Virus record (IMG/VR): IMGVR_UViG_3300045988_101743
Coordinates: 1 to 64,000 of that record
Length of the DNA: 64,000 bases
Strand: one strand, 5' to 3'
Origin: a virus
In this document: piece by piece, positions 47,305 through 57,909 of the stretch
Layout: the number at the start of each line of letters is the position of its first letter
Numbering within the stretch: the stretch's first letter is position 1
The notes under the pieces: model-generated
Told to the model about the DNA's origin: nothing
Databases searched by the model: none
The model's input: only the letters and a program-made list of their open reading frames with translations
Position numbers and translations under genes: made by a program

Positions 47305-47688
47305 ATGAGAAAGGATAGGATTGACAACCCACGATACCCGCATCACATAAGGATTGTGCGCGTAAATCCGTCGGCTGGCCAAGGCGCTGACCCTAACGAC
47401 CCGTTTGCGGAGCCTGTCAAACCAGGCGAAGATGCTGATGTGGTTGTGTATGACGGTGTTGGACGTTCGTTCACTGATACTACTACGACAGGAAATGACG
47501 ACGTTGACACAAACAAGAGAAAGGCGTCAATACCTGTCAGGTTTGACATGTGGAAAGTTGGCGTAAGGCCGCTTGATGGAGACACAATCTATGCGACAGT
47601 AGGTAATTACACCGAAATAGGCCAGGTGAGGGACTTTGAGCCTGACAACAACAGGTCTTTGGTGTACTGGGATTTTGTAAGAGTTTAG
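47305..47688 (+). CDS. Head closure / head-tail joining candidate
   Basis: 127 aa. Confidence 0.45.
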   Translation: MRKDRIDNPRYPHHIRIVRVNPSAGQGADPNDPFAEPVKPGEDADVVVYDGVGRSFTDTTTTGNDDVDTNKRKASIPVRFDMWKVGVRPLDGDTIYATVGNYTEIGQVRDFEPDNNRSLVYWDFVRV

Positions 47689-47692
47689 GAGT

Positions 47693-48232
47693 ATGGCGGG
47701 AGGATTGGTAGGGCTAAACCGCATCATGAAGGCTGTTCAGCAAAGGTCTGTTGCAGCGACAACAATGACCATGAACGCTGCGGCGGACAGGGCTATTGAG
47801 GAGATTCTCAACGATGTTGATTTCTTTTCGGTAACAGGTAACGCATATACATCAATATCCGCAGGTGTGTACTACAAGGGTGCTCTCATACATATTGCAA
47901 CTATAGCGAGACACGCCAAGGAGCCATTGAGACCGAGTATCCGGGCCGGCGAGACATGGATAACGAAGGAGTTCTACGACAAGTCACCGACGCCTTTGAA
48001 AAAATACCGATACAAGGGTAAATATGGACGCGGAGGGCAGTGGGGTCCGACGCTTGGAACATGGTGGCTGAAGAGATTGCATCCTGCGAAGAGAAAAACG
48101 TGGGAAATCGTCATAGTCATCCCAGTGTCATACGCCAAGTACAACCCAAGGATTGTCGGAACTCTGCAAAAGATGATGGACGCCCTTCCTGCGCAGCTTG
48201 ACTCTTCTCTTGTCCGTGTTGAAACCGTTTAA
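47693..48232 (+). CDS. Tail completion candidate
   Basis: 179 aa. Confidence 0.45.
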   Translation: MAGGLVGLNRIMKAVQQRSVAATTMTMNAAADRAIEEILNDVDFFSVTGNAYTSISAGVYYKGALIHIATIARHAKEPLRPSIRAGETWITKEFYDKSPTPLKKYRYKGKYGRGGQWGPTLGTWWLKRLHPAKRKTWEIVIVIPVSYAKYNPRIVGTLQKMMDALPAQLDSSLVRVETV

Positions 48233-48243
48233 CACAAACCGCA

Positions 48244-48651
48244 ATGATTAGTCTAAGGAGCTTATATAACAACGTTGGAGAACGGATGAAAGGTATTGGC
48301 GACAGGTTGTACTGTCAGGATCGCCCTACGGCTGTCGATACCAGGATCAACAGTTATGTTGTCATATCTTTTCCGTCCGTAATCGCAAACAACGAAATGG
48401 ATCCGTCTGGAGCGTACAACGACTACTCGACCACTGTGCTCATTGAGGTGTATGTGCGCGACAAGATGTCTGCAAAAAACCCTGTTGGTATTGATCTGAA
48501 CGCTATGGACGAAAAGGTGTCGATGGTAATGGAGCTCCTTCCATACGAAAGCAAAGGCGTTCAGGTGACAAGGCCAGAGGTGATTATGCAGTCAAACGAC
48601 GGTAGTGGATTTCATGTCACACTCATACGAGCGATGTTGAGAACAAAATAA
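48244..48651 (+). CDS. Tail component candidate
   Basis: 135 aa. Confidence 0.45.
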   Translation: MISLRSLYNNVGERMKGIGDRLYCQDRPTAVDTRINSYVVISFPSVIANNEMDPSGAYNDYSTTVLIEVYVRDKMSAKNPVGIDLNAMDEKVSMVMELLPYESKGVQVTRPEVIMQSNDGSGFHVTLIRAMLRTK

Positions 48652-48682
48652 GAAACTTTTTAACAATTAAAACTTTTACGAT

Positions 48683-49261
48683 ATGGCAATTTCAGCAACA
48701 AAAGACCTCGTTGGCGCATTGAAGAAGATCTTCAACGACCCCGCCACCATCCTGTATTCAACGACGGCCTATGACCTTACAAAGGACAAGACCCTGACGT
48801 TCGACTACAAGTTGCCCGTCACCGTCGACACCCTTCAGGTCACTCAGGACGACCCGACCATCAACCACTACAAGATCATTGGTCTTAGTGGTGACTGGGC
48901 AAGTTCCGCCACACTCGGCGATGTGTCAATCCAGATGACCATCCCCAACGTTTCTGACGACGCGTTGAAGATGTGCTTCGGCGAGGAGAACGTCAAGACC
49001 CTATCCGCTATCAAGATTGGCTCAGGCACATACGCCGGCAGTGGCGTAATCGCCAAGAAGCACAAGCTTGAGGGCACTGTGGCCGTTGTCGCGTCCAACG
49101 AGAACGATCTTATGCTCATCAGCGGAACTGCGCTCTTCGCCAAGTTCCTCTACGAGAACCCTGGTACTGACCCGTTCGCCATTCAGTTGAACGGCGGCAT
49201 CGAGGTAGACGAGGCACGTCCTTCTATCTCATGGCTCACAAAGACAACTGAGAGCGTATAA
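48683..49261 (+). CDS. Major tail (tube) protein candidate
   Basis: 192 aa, directly upstream of the chaperone pair and the tape measure. Confidence 0.5.
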   Translation: MAISATKDLVGALKKIFNDPATILYSTTAYDLTKDKTLTFDYKLPVTVDTLQVTQDDPTINHYKIIGLSGDWASSATLGDVSIQMTIPNVSDDALKMCFGEENVKTLSAIKIGSGTYAGSGVIAKKHKLEGTVAVVASNENDLMLISGTALFAKFLYENPGTDPFAIQLNGGIEVDEARPSISWLTKTTESV

Positions 49262-49354
49262 TTCGTCACAAGCAGGATTACAATCATTGACTTTCATTGG
49301 GCGGCAGGCTATTGTTAAGAAGCCGCCGCCCTTAATTTTTTCTAAAAGCCCAAT

Positions 49355-49816
49355 ATGGATAACAAAGAGATAATGCCGCCTGAGAGGAAATTCGAGAAGC
49401 TTCTCGACGAGCTCATGGAAGCTACACCTGAGGAGTACACCTTTCGCGGAAAGACGCACAAGATGGGATGGCTTCGCAACAAGACAGTCCGCATGATGAC
49501 ACACGCCATGCTTCACGAGGAAAACGACCACAAGCGCAACATGAAACTGTGCGCAATCCTTCGTGTGAACAATGTTTTTGCATGGTTCAGGCACCTTGTG
49601 TACGCTGTGAAGTGGAGGTGGTACATGTACGTACTGGACCTTAGTGACATTGAAGCCCTTAGGGTAATCAACGCAGCTAAAAAAAAAGTTCCGTCGGAAG
49701 CATCCTTAGTCATTACCATATTAGCGACCGCGATGATGGACACGTCGATGGCGACGACGAGGAAAGAAGCATCAGCTATCCAAGCCGCACAAGGTGGGGG
49801 GCAGCCTTCTCGTTAA
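49355..49816 (+). CDS. Tail assembly chaperone (G-like)
   Basis: Sits immediately upstream of the tape measure. Contains the slippery tract gct-aaa-aaa-aaa-g at 49676-49688. Confidence 0.55.
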   Translation: MDNKEIMPPERKFEKLLDELMEATPEEYTFRGKTHKMGWLRNKTVRMMTHAMLHEENDHKRNMKLCAILRVNNVFAWFRHLVYAVKWRWYMYVLDLSDIEALRVINAAKKKVPSEASLVITILATAMMDTSMATTRKEASAIQAAQGGGQPSR

Positions 49817-50082
49817 GCGACAAATTTCCATGGTTGTTTGAGCGTAAGTTCTTCATCAAGGCTTACGACTACTGGTATGGGTATTCCAAGGCACAGATTG
49901 AGCTCATGATGATCGACCAGCCAATTACCGTATATCCGAAAGACGAGAAGAACTCCGTAAACGGAGGCCACACAAGGGAGGAGATGCGAAAGATTGCCGA
50001 GGAATGGGAGAAAAAGCACGGAAAGGCTGGCAAGGTTTCCGGCAAGGTGAACCTGTCTGAGTTTCTCGCAGGAGGTAAGTAA
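49681..50082 (+). CDS. Tail assembly chaperone -1 frame extension (T-like; predicted G-T fusion by -1 programmed frameshift)
   Basis: The -1 frame opens exactly at the A-run (the previous stop is TAA at 49678-49680). It stays open to 50082, ending 38 nt before the tape-measure start. Confidence 0.5.
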   Translation, partial: KKSSVGSILSHYHISDRDDGHVDGDDEERSISYPSRTRWGAAFSLSDKFPWLFERKFFIKAYDYWYGYSKAQIELMMIDQPITVYPKDEKNSVNGGHTREEMRKIAEEWEKKHGKAGKVSGKVNLSEFLAGGK

Positions 50083-50119
50083 GGATAACTTTTACAATCT
50101 ATTAAACCAGCGAATATAG

Positions 50120-53100
50120 ATGGCATCAGGAAACATGGGTGACTTGAGTATGACACTCACTCTCAAGTCAAGGATGGAGGACGAGGTAAAGAAGATTGTT
50201 GACCAGCTCAACAAACTCGACGAGTCAGGCAAGAAAGCGCAAGGGGCCCTTGAAAAAATACGAGACTCTGTAAGTGGTGTCAAGGGAGCTGACGGTCTGA
50301 AACAGATTGAAAAGGATTTGAATAGTATCCAACGAAAAATAGATAGTATTCAAAAAGACGATTCAAAGAAAAAAGCTGCCAAAGACCTTGAAACTCTCAG
50401 AGTCGCTTATGAAAGAGTTTTGGGCATCATGAAAGAGATGCGCAGCCAGGGAATAGAAGGCTTGAACATCTTTCCCAACAGCGTATCCAAGTCCGCAAAC
50501 GAAGCAGAGATAGCTTACCGAAAACTTTACAACACCATACAGGATATATCAAAGCTGCATGGTGAGGGATTGTCTATGCTTGGTGTTGGCGCGACAAACA
50601 ATATTAGGCAAGTGTTGTCTGACCTTGAAAAATACAAGACAACGCTCGACCAGATACGTTCCAACGGAGGGTTTCATCCCGTCGCTGGATATACAGCATC
50701 CGACATAACGAAATCCTCTGGATACGTCCAGGCTCTCGACGATGCAAAGCGCTATTACAAGGAGCTAAAGGAGGCTATGCGCTTGGCAGAGGAGGAGGAG
50801 AAGCGCAATGTCGGCATTGTCGAGAGCCTTATCCAGCAGAGGGTAAAGGCAAGGGAACTTGCTGCCCAAAAGGAAGCGGAGGCCGAGAAGCAAAGACAAG
50901 AGCAGGCCAAGGTTTCTGCACAGATTGCACAGGAGAATGCAATGAGCGAAATCAAGTGGAACGAGCAGAAATCGAAGGCTTTCTCTGAAGCACTACGTAG
51001 GCAGATGCAGGCCTCCGTTGAGGCCGAGAAGAAAGGGCAAGTATCTCTGTTTGCCAATGGGTTTGATACGAGCGTGCTCGAAAAACGCCTTGCGATATTG
51101 AACCGAATGAAGGAAATACAGGAGAAGCTTGAGTTCTATCGCCCAAAGCTACAATACTCTTGGCTTGACTATCAGACGAGCGCAAAGTTCGGAAACGCCA
51201 ACGATCCTTCTATAAGGCACAAGGAAGACGATCTTCAGCGTTTGAGGAATATTGTTGCTGACTTGGAGTCGGAGTTCAATAAGATCGGCGGAAACGACGT
51301 ATTTAGGAACATCGACAATCAAATCAAAAGCATTGAACAAACGATAGCTCGTTTGAAGGATTCTACCGGTTCTGTGAATCTTGGAAAACTACTTGGCTTG
51401 GAAAACAAGTCAACAGACGAATTTAGGGTTGCCAAAGAAGCAGCCATGGCTACAGAGGCACATGTAAAGAGGCAGAATGAGCTAACTGCCGCTTTTGAGA
51501 AATATTTCCGTGTCCAAGAGCAGGTTGAGGCAGCGGAGAAAAGGCTTGCAGAAGCTACCGCAAGAACAAATCAGGCTCGGCGAGAGGCCATAGCCGCATC
51601 AAGGCAACAGGCGGAATCTCTTGTTCGTAACAGAGTTAAGGAACTTGAAGCTCAAAGGAAGCAACTACAGGAATTGTTCGGTAGTGGAAAGAGTGTGCTT
51701 AACACGCAAGAACTATCACAGGTACAACGAGCCTTCTCTCAAATTACGCAAGAAATAAACACACTGCGTAGTGCGATGAATAACCTTGGTGGCTATTCCA
51801 TAAAGGACTTATTCTCCATTGGAAGGGGAACGAGTGACTATACACCGATGATAGGAAACATGAGAACTGTCATCGACCAGAAGCAAAAGGCTATTGAACT
51901 TGAAAGGCAGCATCGCAATGAACTCGCAGCAACCATAGCAAGCGCAAACAAGGAGGCCGAGCGCATGAGAGGAATTATTGGTGACATCAAGTCGTTGTTT
52001 TTACAAGGAGGGCTTGTCTTTGGCGCGCAGCAATTCTTCAATTCCATCGTACAGACTGGCGGCGAGATTGTACAACAGCACATCGCATTGCGTTCTATCA
52101 TTGGCGACGTACAGAAAGCTGACGAATTATTTGCACAAACCCAGCAGCTCGCCTTGCAGTCACCTTTTAAGTTTGGTGAATTGAACAGAGATGTCAAGCA
52201 ACTTGCTGCGTTTGGAGTGGAGGCGAGCGAGTTGTACGACACCACAAAACGTCTCGCTGACATTTCCTCTGGACTTGGCGTTTCGTTCGAGCGACTTGGT
52301 CTTGCGTATGGTCAGGTAAAGGCTCGTTCATGGCTCGACGGAAAGGAACTTAGGCAGTTCGCTTACGCCGGTCTTCCTCTGTTGCAGAAAATTACAGACC
52401 TCTACAACGCAGAGGGCAAGAATGGGCGGAGGAACTATACAAACTCTGATGTCAAGAAGATGATCACCAACAGACAGGTCAGCTTTGAGGACGTCCAGAA
52501 GGTTCTTTGGCAAATGACGGACAAAGGCGGACAATTCTACAACATGCAGTTCGTCTTGTCTGAGACACTCCTTGGAAAATGGAACAAGCTCATCGACGCA
52601 TGGGACATCATGCTTGGCAAGTTCGCAGAAGGCAGGAGCGTTATTGGGGGAACATTCAAATACGCCATTGACGGAACGACGGCATTGGTGCAGACTCTCG
52701 ATAAGATTTCCCCAGCATTGCTGTCTCTTGGAGCCGTATCTGTCTCGCGTATGATTGGACGAGCAGCGATGTCTGGAATAGGAGTCAACTCTTTGCAGAG
52801 GAGATTTATGTCTGGCGTCAACGAGCAGTTGAAGATATATGCCGTCAAGCAACAGGAGGCTGTTGTAGAGGGCAAGATAACACAGCAGCTTGCCCAGCAG
52901 AATGTCTTCAAGCGTGCGTCGCTTCTTTCAGACCGACAGAGTCAACAGGCAGCTTACAACAGGATGGCAATTGAAGGAAAGTTGTCGGTCCTCCAGATGC
53001 AGACTCTTGTCGGGAAGAAACAACTTTCTGCGGAAATCATTAAGCAACTCACCTTGATGGGGCAGATAACCGCAAGGCAGGAACAAATAATCCTTGGAGG

Positions 53101-56100
53101 AAGCCGAATGGCCGCAGTGTGGAACGGAGCTACGACGAAGCTCGGGGGAATGATGAGCTTCTTCGGCGGATGGTGGGGACTTGCGATTACTGGTATAACG
53201 TCATTGTTCCTTGGTTATTCTCAATGGTCAGACAAGGTAAAGGAGGACGAGAAGAGCCTTATGGATGGAGCAAGGCAACGCTCAAAGAACTATGGAGAGT
53301 TTTTGAATGGGCTTGGAAACAAGGGTGATGTCGACTTGTCTACACAGGTGGAGTCCATGAAGGATATTCTTCAGAACTCAAACGACTATACAGATTCCAT
53401 CAAGGAGCAAGTCGAGAACGCCTACGACCTATCAGAGCAATACGACATCCTTAAAGAGAAGATTAAGGAATCCAAGGATGTTAACGACGCACTTGTTAAC
53501 AAATACGGTCCGTCGGTAAGCAATGCCACCGCCTCTACCGGTCTTGAGAACGACTCGCTGTTCGATTTGTTTGGCCTCGATACTCCAGGATGGCTCAAGT
53601 GGCTTAATGGTCTTGGCAACGACTCCATTGAGAAGAATGCCGAGGACGCGCAAACGTCATTGCAGAAGTACCAGGTGATGTTTGACGAGCTTGACACGAA
53701 TACGAAGTCTAAGATGCAGGACTTTATCAATACGCTCATCAGTGGCAATGCGGAGCTGTCAAGACAGATAAAGGGTCTTCCTATCGCTGAACAAGTGAGG
53801 ATGCTCGCGGCTATTGGAGGCGATGATTGGGAAAGGTTTGTTGATCGTTTCGTTTCCGGCAGCGAGATGACGCAGGAGCAGTTCAAGGAACTGTCCAACA
53901 GGGCCAAGGAGTCAAGCGGAGACATCTCCGAAATAATGTATGACGACATTCCAAAGGCGCTTGATTCATTGAGGAAAGACCTTGGAATGTCACAGGAGCA
54001 GTTCAAGGAATGGGCCAAGAAGAATCCCGTCATCTTTGCTTCGATGATGGATAAGATTGCGCAGAAGGCGAACATAACGAGCAAGACAATCCTTTTCTAC
54101 TTCCACTCTGCGATAAGCGAGTTGATGAACATGGATTTCTGGCCTGGCAGCAAGAGCGGAGGAGGAAGAAAGAAATACAGAACGGGCCTTGAGGGGTTCT
54201 CGAAGATGATATTCGAGAACGCTATACTTGACGGCACTCTTACAGGAAAGAAGAAAAAGGGTGAGTTCTGGGTCTCGGAATACGTAAATGCCCTGAAGAA
54301 GGTTCAGGCAGGAACGTATGAGGAGACAGGAAAGAACATACAGAGCAAGCTCAAGGATGCGAGAAACGAGCTTGATATGCAGGATACTGCCGCCAAGAAG
54401 CTAAACTCCAAGAGAAGGGAGGCTTTTTACAAGAGTAGCGATTATTTGAAGGCCAAGAGGGAATACGAGCTATGGAGCGACATAGCCAAGCATGGGGGTG
54501 TATCGGACGATCTTGGCAAGAATAAGGTTACTGGTAACTATGCCAAAGAAAAGGGAAAGAACTTGGATGCGGAGGCCAGTAAGGCTGACAGGGAGCATCT
54601 TAGAGCCTTGCAGGCACGTCTGAAGCTCATCAAGGACGCTTATAGTATGTATAAGCAATACTACGAGATGCTACATGACGAGAAGGAGGCGAGCCGCATT
54701 GTCGCCGACAGGTTTAAGGACCAAGGCTTGTCGAATGATGACGTAGCGAAGATACGTTCAGAGAAGGACTTGCTGTCTCTTGTGCAGAACTATATCAGTA
54801 GAGTGCGCGCATGGACGCCGAAGCGGCCACTGGAGATGAAGGATAGCAAAGATGCCGCCATATCAGAAGGCGTGAAGGAGACTGACGACATCAGGTATCG
54901 TGCGGCCAAAGAGGCTCTTGACGACTATACGAACGCCACAGCGCTCGACCTTGACATGATGACAAAGCAGTGGGATGCCTTCCAAAAGGTTCTCGCTTCA
55001 ACTGGAAGCTACGACCTTGCTGCGGAGATTTCCGGAATATCCAAAGACAAGAATGCAATAGACAGGAATATTTATCCTACTGGAACAATGAGTAGCGAGT
55101 ACGTGTCTCGGTTCTCAGACTTCCTCAGGAATTATCTTGATTCCGTATTGTCATCATCCGGGAAAATTGGTGGGGAAACCATTCTTGGTGACAATTACGA
55201 CAAGGTCGCAGGAATGACAGATCAGCAAATAGAAAAGTATGCTGGGTCTTTGTTAAGCAAGAACGCTCCACAGAAAATCGGAGGATTCATCAGCGCTCTG
55301 AAGAAGCTCCGTGATTTAATGACAAACACCGAGTATAAGGATGGCATCGAGGCTTACACAAACCTTATCGAAAAGGTTATTACACAGACGGCTAAGATTG
55401 CGAGAAACAAGGCGGATTTTGAGAATGCGAAGAGCAAGATTATGGCCGCATACTCAAATGGAACTATCGACAAAGGCCAGAAGGACGATGCGCTGTCAAT
55501 CGCCAGAGCCGTCATGAACGACAAGGATTTGAAGGCTTCTGACTCGTACAGCCAATTCATGGACCAGATAACATCCATGACCGAGAAGGCTGCCAACGGT
55601 ATGCGAGACAAGATTTTGGCCAACCTTGACGAACAATACTCAAAGGGGCTTATCTCCGCGAGTGATTACGCTAACGGCATCCAAAAGGTAAACGACCAAA
55701 TGGAGGCGTTCATAAGTAGTAAGAGCCCTGCGCAGGCTTTGCTGACAGGAGGGCTTGAGGGCTTTTTGAATGACCGAAAGCAGAAGGTGAAAGACAAGAT
55801 TCGCGCTGATATGGAGAATGGAGGCGGTGAATATTGGGGTCTTGATCCCGAAACGGGGAAGCTCGGTCTCACAAAGAAGGGAAAGAAAGCCTCTGAAGGA
55901 ACCGCAAAGATTGCGTCCAAGCTCAACTTTGTCGGTTCGATCATTGGAAGCGTAAACGAGAACATTCAGTCATACAAGAAACTTGAGGAAACCTGGACGA
56001 ACGCCTTTGGAGAAGGTTTGAAGAACAGCGGATTCTCTCGGTTCATGGATGGACTCATGGATGTTTCTGGAGGTGTTCAGGAGGCGTGGTCCTCTCTATT

Positions 56101-57334
56101 GAAGGGAGATTTCGTTGGAACTCTCGATGGAGTTCTAAACACCTTCACAGGATGGTTTTCGTGGGGAAACGCAGCAAAGAACCGCAGCTACGAGAAGCAG
56201 GCTGAGTATCTAAAGAACATCCAAGCGACCGTTTCCGACATCAACAACAATGTCAAGAAAAGGATGTCGTCAGAGGGCGGAAGCAAGATACAGTCTCTTG
56301 GAGAGGCATACAAGGGGAACTTGCGAAACGAAGCAGCCGAGGTTCGTGAGACTTACTATCGTTGGTCACAGGCACATACGCTCCACAAGAACCACAGGAA
56401 TCGTATGTACACGAACCTTGACTACAATCAGATAAATGATTATCTGAGAAGTATCGGTTACGACGGAGAGGACGTGCGAAGCGACACCATACAGAATCTG
56501 TCTGGAGAATGGCTTAGCAAGATACGTGAGCGGTTTGCTGGAATGTGGGCAAAGATACCACAGGAGGCGAAGGATTACCTCAATAGGCTCATCGAGATTG
56601 AGGGTAAGACTGGAGAGATAACCGATATGACGAGCGAGATCATCCAGGCGCTGACAGGCTTGAATAAGGACGAGCTTCGCACAGAGTACAAAGACTTGCT
56701 CAATGACCTTAATTCCGACAATGAGGATTTTGCTGATTCGTTCGAGAAACATCTTCGCGACGCTATTCTTGGCGGTATGATTTCCAACTTATACAAATCA
56801 GCGATCGACGACCTCGTGAAGAAAGCAGCCGAGAGCGCAAGCACTACATCAGGATATTATGTTGACAAGAATGGAAACGTAAAGAAGCATACGGGCGGAG
56901 ATGACTCCGCAGACACGGCGTCCGAGTACACGCAGGACGAGTACGAGGCGTTGAACAAGCAAAACACCGAGCTTTCCGAGAAGATGCGGGATACGCGTGA
57001 TATGCTCAAGGAGCTGTATGGTTGGTCGGATTCGGGAAGCTCGTCCATGAGAAGCTCCGCTGTGGGCATAACTGAGCAGGCTGCTGACTATCTCGCAAGC
57101 TACATCAATGCAACACGTGCCGATGTAAGTGTGATAAGGCAGCTTGAAGGTGTTTATTTCGCAAAGTTTGACGTGACGGCACTTGCCCAACTTGAGCAGT
57201 TGACGATGATCTCCGAGAATACGCTAAGAAACGCAGATGCCGCGGTTGCCATACAGACAGCTGTGTACGAGATTAAGGACATGATAAACAAGTCGCAGAG
57301 CGGAATTAAGCCAATCTATGTGAATGTCAAGTAA
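50120..57334 (+). CDS. Tape measure protein (2404 aa)
   Basis: Giant alpha-helical/coiled-coil ORF after the chaperones, with internal hydrophobic segments, for example WGLAITGITSLFLGY. Confidence 0.85.
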   Translation: MASGNMGDLSMTLTLKSRMEDEVKKIVDQLNKLDESGKKAQGALEKIRDSVSGVKGADGLKQIEKDLNSIQRKIDSIQKDDSKKKAAKDLETLRVAYERVLGIMKEMRSQGIEGLNIFPNSVSKSANEAEIAYRKLYNTIQDISKLHGEGLSMLGVGATNNIRQVLSDLEKYKTTLDQIRSNGGFHPVAGYTASDITKSSGYVQALDDAKRYYKELKEAMRLAEEEEKRNVGIVESLIQQRVKARELAAQKEAEAEKQRQEQAKVSAQIAQENAMSEIKWNEQKSKAFSEALRRQMQASVEAEKKGQVSLFANGFDTSVLEKRLAILNRMKEIQEKLEFYRPKLQYSWLDYQTSAKFGNANDPSIRHKEDDLQRLRNIVADLESEFNKIGGNDVFRNIDNQIKSIEQTIARLKDSTGSVNLGKLLGLENKSTDEFRVAKEAAMATEAHVKRQNELTAAFEKYFRVQEQVEAAEKRLAEATARTNQARREAIAASRQQAESLVRNRVKELEAQRKQLQELFGSGKSVLNTQELSQVQRAFSQITQEINTLRSAMNNLGGYSIKDLFSIGRGTSDYTPMIGNMRTVIDQKQKAIELERQHRNELAATIASANKEAERMRGIIGDIKSLFLQGGLVFGAQQFFNSIVQTGGEIVQQHIALRSIIGDVQKADELFAQTQQLALQSPFKFGELNRDVKQLAAFGVEASELYDTTKRLADISSGLGVSFERLGLAYGQVKARSWLDGKELRQFAYAGLPLLQKITDLYNAEGKNGRRNYTNSDVKKMITNRQVSFEDVQKVLWQMTDKGGQFYNMQFVLSETLLGKWNKLIDAWDIMLGKFAEGRSVIGGTFKYAIDGTTALVQTLDKISPALLSLGAVSVSRMIGRAAMSGIGVNSLQRRFMSGVNEQLKIYAVKQQEAVVEGKITQQLAQQNVFKRASLLSDRQSQQAAYNRMAIEGKLSVLQMQTLVGKKQLSAEIIKQLTLMGQITARQEQIILGGSRMAAVWNGATTKLGGMMSFFGGWWGLAITGITSLFLGYSQWSDKVKEDEKSLMDGARQRSKNYGEFLNGLGNKGDVDLSTQVESMKDILQNSNDYTDSIKEQVENAYDLSEQYDILKEKIKESKDVNDALVNKYGPSVSNATASTGLENDSLFDLFGLDTPGWLKWLNGLGNDSIEKNAEDAQTSLQKYQVMFDELDTNTKSKMQDFINTLISGNAELSRQIKGLPIAEQVRMLAAIGGDDWERFVDRFVSGSEMTQEQFKELSNRAKESSGDISEIMYDDIPKALDSLRKDLGMSQEQFKEWAKKNPVIFASMMDKIAQKANITSKTILFYFHSAISELMNMDFWPGSKSGGGRKKYRTGLEGFSKMIFENAILDGTLTGKKKKGEFWVSEYVNALKKVQAGTYEETGKNIQSKLKDARNELDMQDTAAKKLNSKRREAFYKSSDYLKAKREYELWSDIAKHGGVSDDLGKNKVTGNYAKEKGKNLDAEASKADREHLRALQARLKLIKDAYSMYKQYYEMLHDEKEASRIVADRFKDQGLSNDDVAKIRSEKDLLSLVQNYISRVRAWTPKRPLEMKDSKDAAISEGVKETDDIRYRAAKEALDDYTNATALDLDMMTKQWDAFQKVLASTGSYDLAAEISGISKDKNAIDRNIYPTGTMSSEYVSRFSDFLRNYLDSVLSSSGKIGGETILGDNYDKVAGMTDQQIEKYAGSLLSKNAPQKIGGFISALKKLRDLMTNTEYKDGIEAYTNLIEKVITQTAKIARNKADFENAKSKIMAAYSNGTIDKGQKDDALSIARAVMNDKDLKASDSYSQFMDQITSMTEKAANGMRDKILANLDEQYSKGLISASDYANGIQKVNDQMEAFISSKSPAQALLTGGLEGFLNDRKQKVKDKIRADMENGGGEYWGLDPETGKLGLTKKGKKASEGTAKIASKLNFVGSIIGSVNENIQSYKKLEETWTNAFGEGLKNSGFSRFMDGLMDVSGGVQEAWSSLLKGDFVGTLDGVLNTFTGWFSWGNAAKNRSYEKQAEYLKNIQATVSDINNNVKKRMSSEGGSKIQSLGEAYKGNLRNEAAEVRETYYRWSQAHTLHKNHRNRMYTNLDYNQINDYLRSIGYDGEDVRSDTIQNLSGEWLSKIRERFAGMWAKIPQEAKDYLNRLIEIEGKTGEITDMTSEIIQALTGLNKDELRTEYKDLLNDLNSDNEDFADSFEKHLRDAILGGMISNLYKSAIDDLVKKAAESASTTSGYYVDKNGNVKKHTGGDDSADTASEYTQDEYEALNKQNTELSEKMRDTRDMLKELYGWSDSGSSSMRSSAVGITEQAADYLASYINATRADVSVIRQLEGVYFAKFDVTALAQLEQLTMISENTLRNADAAVAIQTAVYEIKDMINKSQSGIKPIYVNVK

Positions 57335-57453
57335 AGACAGGGACACTGTAAGCCAATCTTTATAAAAAATATGAAGATTTGTTTACAGTGCTTCTTGCAA
57401 GTTTATACATTTATTCGTATATTTGTGAAACATTTATACAATCTCCATACATC

Positions 57454-57909
57454 ATGAAGTATTATAGGTATTTTATACAAAAAGAGTCGAATGGTTCGCC
57501 TGTCAAGGAGACTGGTGAGGATTTTGATATTTTTGAAATGGAGAGCAGTTTTTACGGAGGTAATGAGGCTAAGGATGTCCCTAAGCGCACATGGTATGAC
57601 GAGCATGGAGATGATGAGTTTGTACCAGACACGCTCATGATGCAAGCCAAGGAACACTCCGTGAAGTTTGGCTACAAGGGAGACAAGTTCTCTGCAAACG
57701 CAGCCATCAAGTCATTCATCAACTATCTGTCAACTGGCGGAAAGATGAAAATATATGACGAGTACAACCAAATCGGACGTCAACACGTAAGGTTCAAGTC
57801 GCTCAATGACAGCGCAGAGCTGTTCCGTGACGACGATGGAGATATTCTCGTATTTACTGTCAACTTTAAGGTGAACGACCCAGTCACCGACATAACGCTA
57901 AAGAAATGA
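57454..57909 (+). CDS. Distal tail protein (Dit)-like candidate
   Basis: 152 aa directly after the tape measure; ATGA overlap with the next gene. Confidence 0.45.
   Translation: MKYYRYFIQKESNGSPVKETGEDFDIFEMESSFYGGNEAKDVPKRTWYDEHGDDEFVPDTLMMQAKEHSVKFGYKGDKFSANAAIKSFINYLSTGGKMKIYDEYNQIGRQHVRFKSLNDSAELFRDDDGDILVFTVNFKVNDPVTDITLKK

Noticed and set aside
50755-56850. Numerous 60-220-aa ORFs on the minus strand
   Set aside because: All lie antisense within the tape measure gene; low-complexity Ser/Leu-rich translations.
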